The notes below the pieces were generated by a model, which worked only from the letters and a program-made list of their open reading frames with translations, made no database searches and was not told the DNA's origin. A stretch of DNA of 64,000 nucleotides from Phoronis australis. Taxonomy: Eukaryota; Animalia; Phoronida. Position 1 is the stretch's first letter. Every line of letters begins with the position of its first letter. This document shows positions 63,091 through 64,000 of this stretch, in pieces. The stretch spans positions 871,838 to 935,837 of the forward strand of contig NMRA01000118.1 of the NCBI GenBank assembly GCA_002633005.1. The letters are read 5' to 3'. The translations under genes were made by a program, and so were the position numbers.

Positions 63091-64000
63091 CCAAGCCTCA
63101 AGTCCGTGATGAGGCTCGCTCATGAGTCTATACTCGGTGGACACCTCGGTGTTAGGAAGACAACTGACCGTATCACTAGCAATTTCTATTGGCCAGGAGT
63201 GGCATCAGAAGTGACCCGATTCTGCAGATCATGCGACATCTGTCAGAAGACAATCCCGAAAGGTCGAGTGACCAAGGTACCCCTGGGAGAGATGCCTTTG
63301 ATGGAGGAGCCTTTCAAAAGGATTGCGATCGATCTGATTGGCCCTATAGCTCCAATTTCCGACAAGGGAAACAGATACATTCTCACGGTGGTAGATTTCG
63401 CTACCAGGTATCCAGAAGCAGTGGCGCTACCGAAGATTGAGACAGAGCGTGTGGCTGAAGCATTATTAGAAGTCTTCAGTAGAGTAGGGTTTCCACGAGA
63501 GATCCTGAGTGATCGTGGAACGCAGTTCACAGCGGAACTGATGAAGGAGGTCAGCAGGCTTGTGAGTGCAAAGCAGCTGTACACGACTCCTTACAATCCA
63601 CGCTGTAACGGGTTCTGTGAGAGAATCAACGGTGTTCTAAAGGCCATGCTAAAGAAAATGTGTCAAGAAAGACCAAAGGATTGGGACCGGTATCTGCCAG
63701 CTGTCCTATTTGCTTACCGAGAAGTCCCGCAATCAAGCACAGGATTTTCACCCTTTGAGTTGTTATACGGCAGGACAGTAAAAGGTCCGATGCAAATACT
63801 GAGCGAACTCTGGACAGGGGAAGACAGCAACGACATCCGTAATACTTACCAGTATGTCTTCGAGCTCAGGAAACGCTTAGAGGAGACTTGCGAGTTGGCT
63901 AGAAAAAGTTTGTATAATGCACAAGGTATTCACAAGCATTACTACGACAAGAAGGCCAGGGATAGGCAGTTTCAAGTGGGACATAGAGTGTTGGTATTAC
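63091..64000 (+). mobile_element. Ty3/Gypsy LTR-retrotransposon integrase (H2C2 zinc finger + DDE core); open to the window edge, 5'-truncated
   Basis: AHESILGGHLGVRKT..FYWPGV..CRSCDICQ..PFKRIAIDLIGP..YILTVVDFATRYPEA..ILSDRGTQF..TTPYNPRCNGFCERIN..WDRYLPAVLFAYREVPQSSTGFSPFELLYGR; no stop seen in ~300 codons. Confidence 0.96.

Noticed and set aside
63081-63120. Subtilase-integrase fusion by splicing 62847->63081
   Set aside because: The frame matches, but an in-frame TGA at 63088-63090 precedes the integrase.

Overview
Animal (invertebrate) genomic DNA from a draft assembly, with N-gaps at 11579-11610 and 20969-21627 plus several single-N joins. The ORF track is mostly noise; the real genes are spliced, and I rebuilt them by hand from GT-AG sites with consistent intron phase. 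(1) A plastin/fimbrin on the minus strand: 7 coding exons visible, ATG at 15102, an 11.7-kb first intron, running off the left edge. (2) A complete 7-exon Frag1/DRAM/Sfk1-family (DRAM/TMEM150-like) membrane protein on the minus strand (38414->25012, 420 aa) with altered family motifs and a long Lys/Ser-rich tail. (3) A secreted or lysosomal proteinase K/aqualysin-type subtilase (S8A with I9 prodomain) on the plus strand: 13 exons visible (47628->62847), intact Asp/His/Ser triad, last exon not in the window. The rest is transposon-rich: tRNA-derived SINE, Penelope and RTE fragments, TTAA-flanked Kolobok-like elements (one with ~300-bp foldback arms), an Academ-like remnant, a THAP remnant, a head-to-tail Helentron/HINE-like array, MITEs, a 46-bp minisatellite and an open Ty3/Gypsy integrase. 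I see no CRISPR array or prokaryote-type system and cannot claim a clearly new biological system. The best leads are the divergent DRAM-like protein, the intron-rich subtilase and a few structured repeats. Family calls come from motifs recalled from memory, not from database searches.
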